Source: Prolixibacteraceae bacterium (GTDB taxonomy: Bacteria; Bacteroidota; Bacteroidia; Bacteroidales; Prolixibacteraceae). Taken from it: a stretch of DNA of 59,800 nucleotides. Each line of letters begins with the position of its first letter. The stretch's first letter is position 1. Below are positions 58,168 through 59,800 of this stretch, in pieces. Below the pieces are notes generated by a model. The model did not search any database. It was not told the DNA's origin and saw only the letters and a list, made by a program, of their open reading frames with translations. Both the position numbers and the translations under genes were made by a program. The DNA lies in NCBI GenBank assembly GCA_035353575.1, contig DAOPZV010000001.1, positions 5,667 to 65,466 on the forward strand. The letters run 5' to 3'.

Positions 58168-59800
58168 ATGGCATTTATAAACAAAATTCTGGGCGTATTT
58201 CTGGGAAACAAGGCCGATAAAGACATGGCTGAAATCGCCCCAATGGTTGAACTGATTAAAAAGGAATACGAGCGCATTAAGTTGCTTTCAACCGACGAAC
58301 TTCGCGCCGAATCGGCTAAGCTGAAAGAAATTGTGAGAGAACGCATTAAAGCTGAAGAAGATCGCATTATAGAGTTAAAAGAACTTGCCGAAACTGTTGA
58401 TATTCAGGAAAGCGAAAATATTTATACCGAAATAGATAAGCTCGAAGAAAAAATCGACGATAAACTGGAAGAAGTATTAAATGAGATACTTCCGGCAGCC
58501 TTTGCTATTGTGAAGGCAACGGCTAAGTTGTTTACTGAAAATGAAAAGATTGTAGTTACAGCCAGTGATTTTGATCGTAATTTGGCAACCACCCGCAACA
58601 GCATCATTATCGACGGAGATAAAGCCACATGGATGAATAAATGGATTGCCGGTGGAAATGAAATTACCTGGGATATGGTTCATTACGATGTTCAGCTTAT
58701 CGGCGGTATTGTATTGCACCAGGGGAAAGTTGCCGAAATGGGAACTGGTGAAGGAAAAACATTGGTAGCTACATTGGCAGTATTCCTGAATGCCTTGACT
58801 GGCAAAGGAGTTCACGTAGTTACTGTGAACGACTACCTGTCGAAACGTGACTCGGAATGGATGGGACCAATCTACGAATTCCACGGCTTGAGTGTTGACT
58901 GTATCGATAAATATCAGCCAAACTCAGATGGCCGCCGCGATGCCTATAATTCTGACATTACTTATGGTACCAACAACGAATTTGGCTTCGACTACCTGCG
59001 CGACAACATGGCAATCAGCCCACGCGATTTGGTTCAACGCAAGCACCATTATTCAATCGTTGACGAGGTTGACTCGGTTTTAATCGACGATGCCCGTACT
59101 CCATTAATTATTTCAGGTCCGGTTCCAAAAGGTGAAATTCAGAAATTCGAAGAACTAAGGCCTAAAGTTGAGAAGCTTTATGCTGCTCAGCGAAATTTTG
59201 TAAATCAGTGTCTGTCGGATGCAAAACGACTTTTAGCCAAACCCGACGCTACAAAAGAAGAAAAAGAGGAAGGTTCAATCCTGTTGCTTCGCGCACACAA
59301 AGGTTTGCCAAAACACAAGCCCGTTATCAAGTTCCTGAGTGAAGAAGGAATTAAAGCAATGATGGTAAAAACAGAAAATTACCACATGCAGGATAACAAT
59401 AAGCTCATGCATATCATTACCGATCCGTTGTATTTCGTGATCGACGAAAAGCAAAACTCAGTTGAATTGACTGACAAGGGTATCGATTTGATTTCGAGCG
59501 ATGTAGAAGATCATCATTTCTTCGTTTTGCCTGATGTTGGCTCTGAAATAGCCGAAATTGAAAGCGACAAATCGTTAACAAAAGAGCAGGTTCTTCAAAA
59601 GAAAGAAGACCTTCTAACAAACTATGCCATAAAATCAGAACGTGTTCACACCATCAATCAATTGTTGAAGGCTTATGCCATGTTCGAAAAAGACGTGGAA
59701 TACGTGGTGATTGAAAATAAGGTAAAAATCGTTGACGAACAAACCGGTCGTATCATGGAAGGCCGCCGCTATTCCGATGGTTTGCACCAGGCTATTGAAG
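58168..59800 (+). CDS. secA: Preprotein translocase subunit SecA; 3'-truncated by the window edge and missing from the ORF track
   Basis: Manual translation from ATG 58168: [15 protein letters not shown]..., [71 protein letters not shown]. Confidence 0.97.
   Translation, partial: MAFINKILGVFLGNKADKDMAEIAPMVELIKKEYERIKLLSTDELRAESAKLKEIVRERIKAEEDRIIELKELAETVDIQESENIYTEIDKLEEKIDDKLEEVLNEILPAAFAIVKATAKLFTENEKIVVTASDFDRNLATTRNSIIIDGDKATWMNKWIAGGNEITWDMVHYDVQLIGGIVLHQGKVAEMGTGEGKTLVATLAVFLNALTGKGVHVVTVNDYLSKRDSEWMGPIYEFHGLSVDCIDKYQPNSDGRRDAYNSDITYGTNNEFGFDYLRDNMAISPRDLVQRKHHYSIVDEVDSVLIDDARTPLIISGPVPKGEIQKFEELRPKVEKLYAAQRNFVNQCLSDAKRLLAKPDATKEEKEEGSILLLRAHKGLPKHKPVIKFLSEEGIKAMMVKTENYHMQDNNKLMHIITDPLYFVIDEKQNSVELTDKGIDLISSDVEDHHFFVLPDVGSEIAEIESDKSLTKEQVLQKKEDLLTNYAIKSERVHTINQLLKAYAMFEKDVEYVVIENKVKIVDEQTGRIMEGRRYSDGLHQAIE

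Noticed and set aside
58110-59620. Short ORF-track calls near the right end
   Set aside because: They overlap the real secA frame (from 58168), which the track omitted because it has no stop in the window.

Overview
Mostly housekeeping chromosomal window from a Bacteroidota genome, probably Bacteroidales/Marinilabiliales (Prolixibacteraceae-like). That assignment is inferred from gene content, a T9SS-type protease and recurrent TAnnTTTG -7 promoter boxes. I found no rRNA, tRNA, CRISPR array, prophage or transposase. From left to right it holds: a 5'-truncated BtuB-like receptor plus a BtuG-like lipoprotein, asnC, a GH29 fucosidase, ruvX-def-comEC, trhO-dus, an OmpR-type two-component pair with an RND efflux operon, msrB, DUF502-terC, an LTA-synthase/PAP2 pair, class I fumarase, a MutS-V/HAD/TlpA/EamA cluster, a TonB receptor with a DUF4249 lipoprotein, a tricorn protease, cmk-ispH-pfkA, an OmpA-family protein, hemerythrin, a methionine operon, tatD, a free-standing archaeal-type ThrRS editing domain, a secreted serine protease, and a 3'-truncated secA that is absent from the ORF track. 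The strongest signal is an unannotated 30-codon Met-rich leader ORF (MNHFAFNMNTSTSHLLGCNDSMMSMSMIMR, 50930-51022, minus strand). It lies between a consensus promoter and mutually exclusive hairpins, directly upstream of an operon made of an apparently catalytically degenerate aspartokinase, metY and metA. This suggests ribosome-mediated methionine attenuation, possibly with a pseudo-enzyme sensor. Other hidden elements are a Flavo-1-like structured RNA, an orphan sRNA candidate, a possible FPFHYFW-ending leader/arrest peptide, a REP-like miniature element, and short tandem repeats, one of them at the start of btuG. All family calls come from motif recognition by eye; no database search was run.
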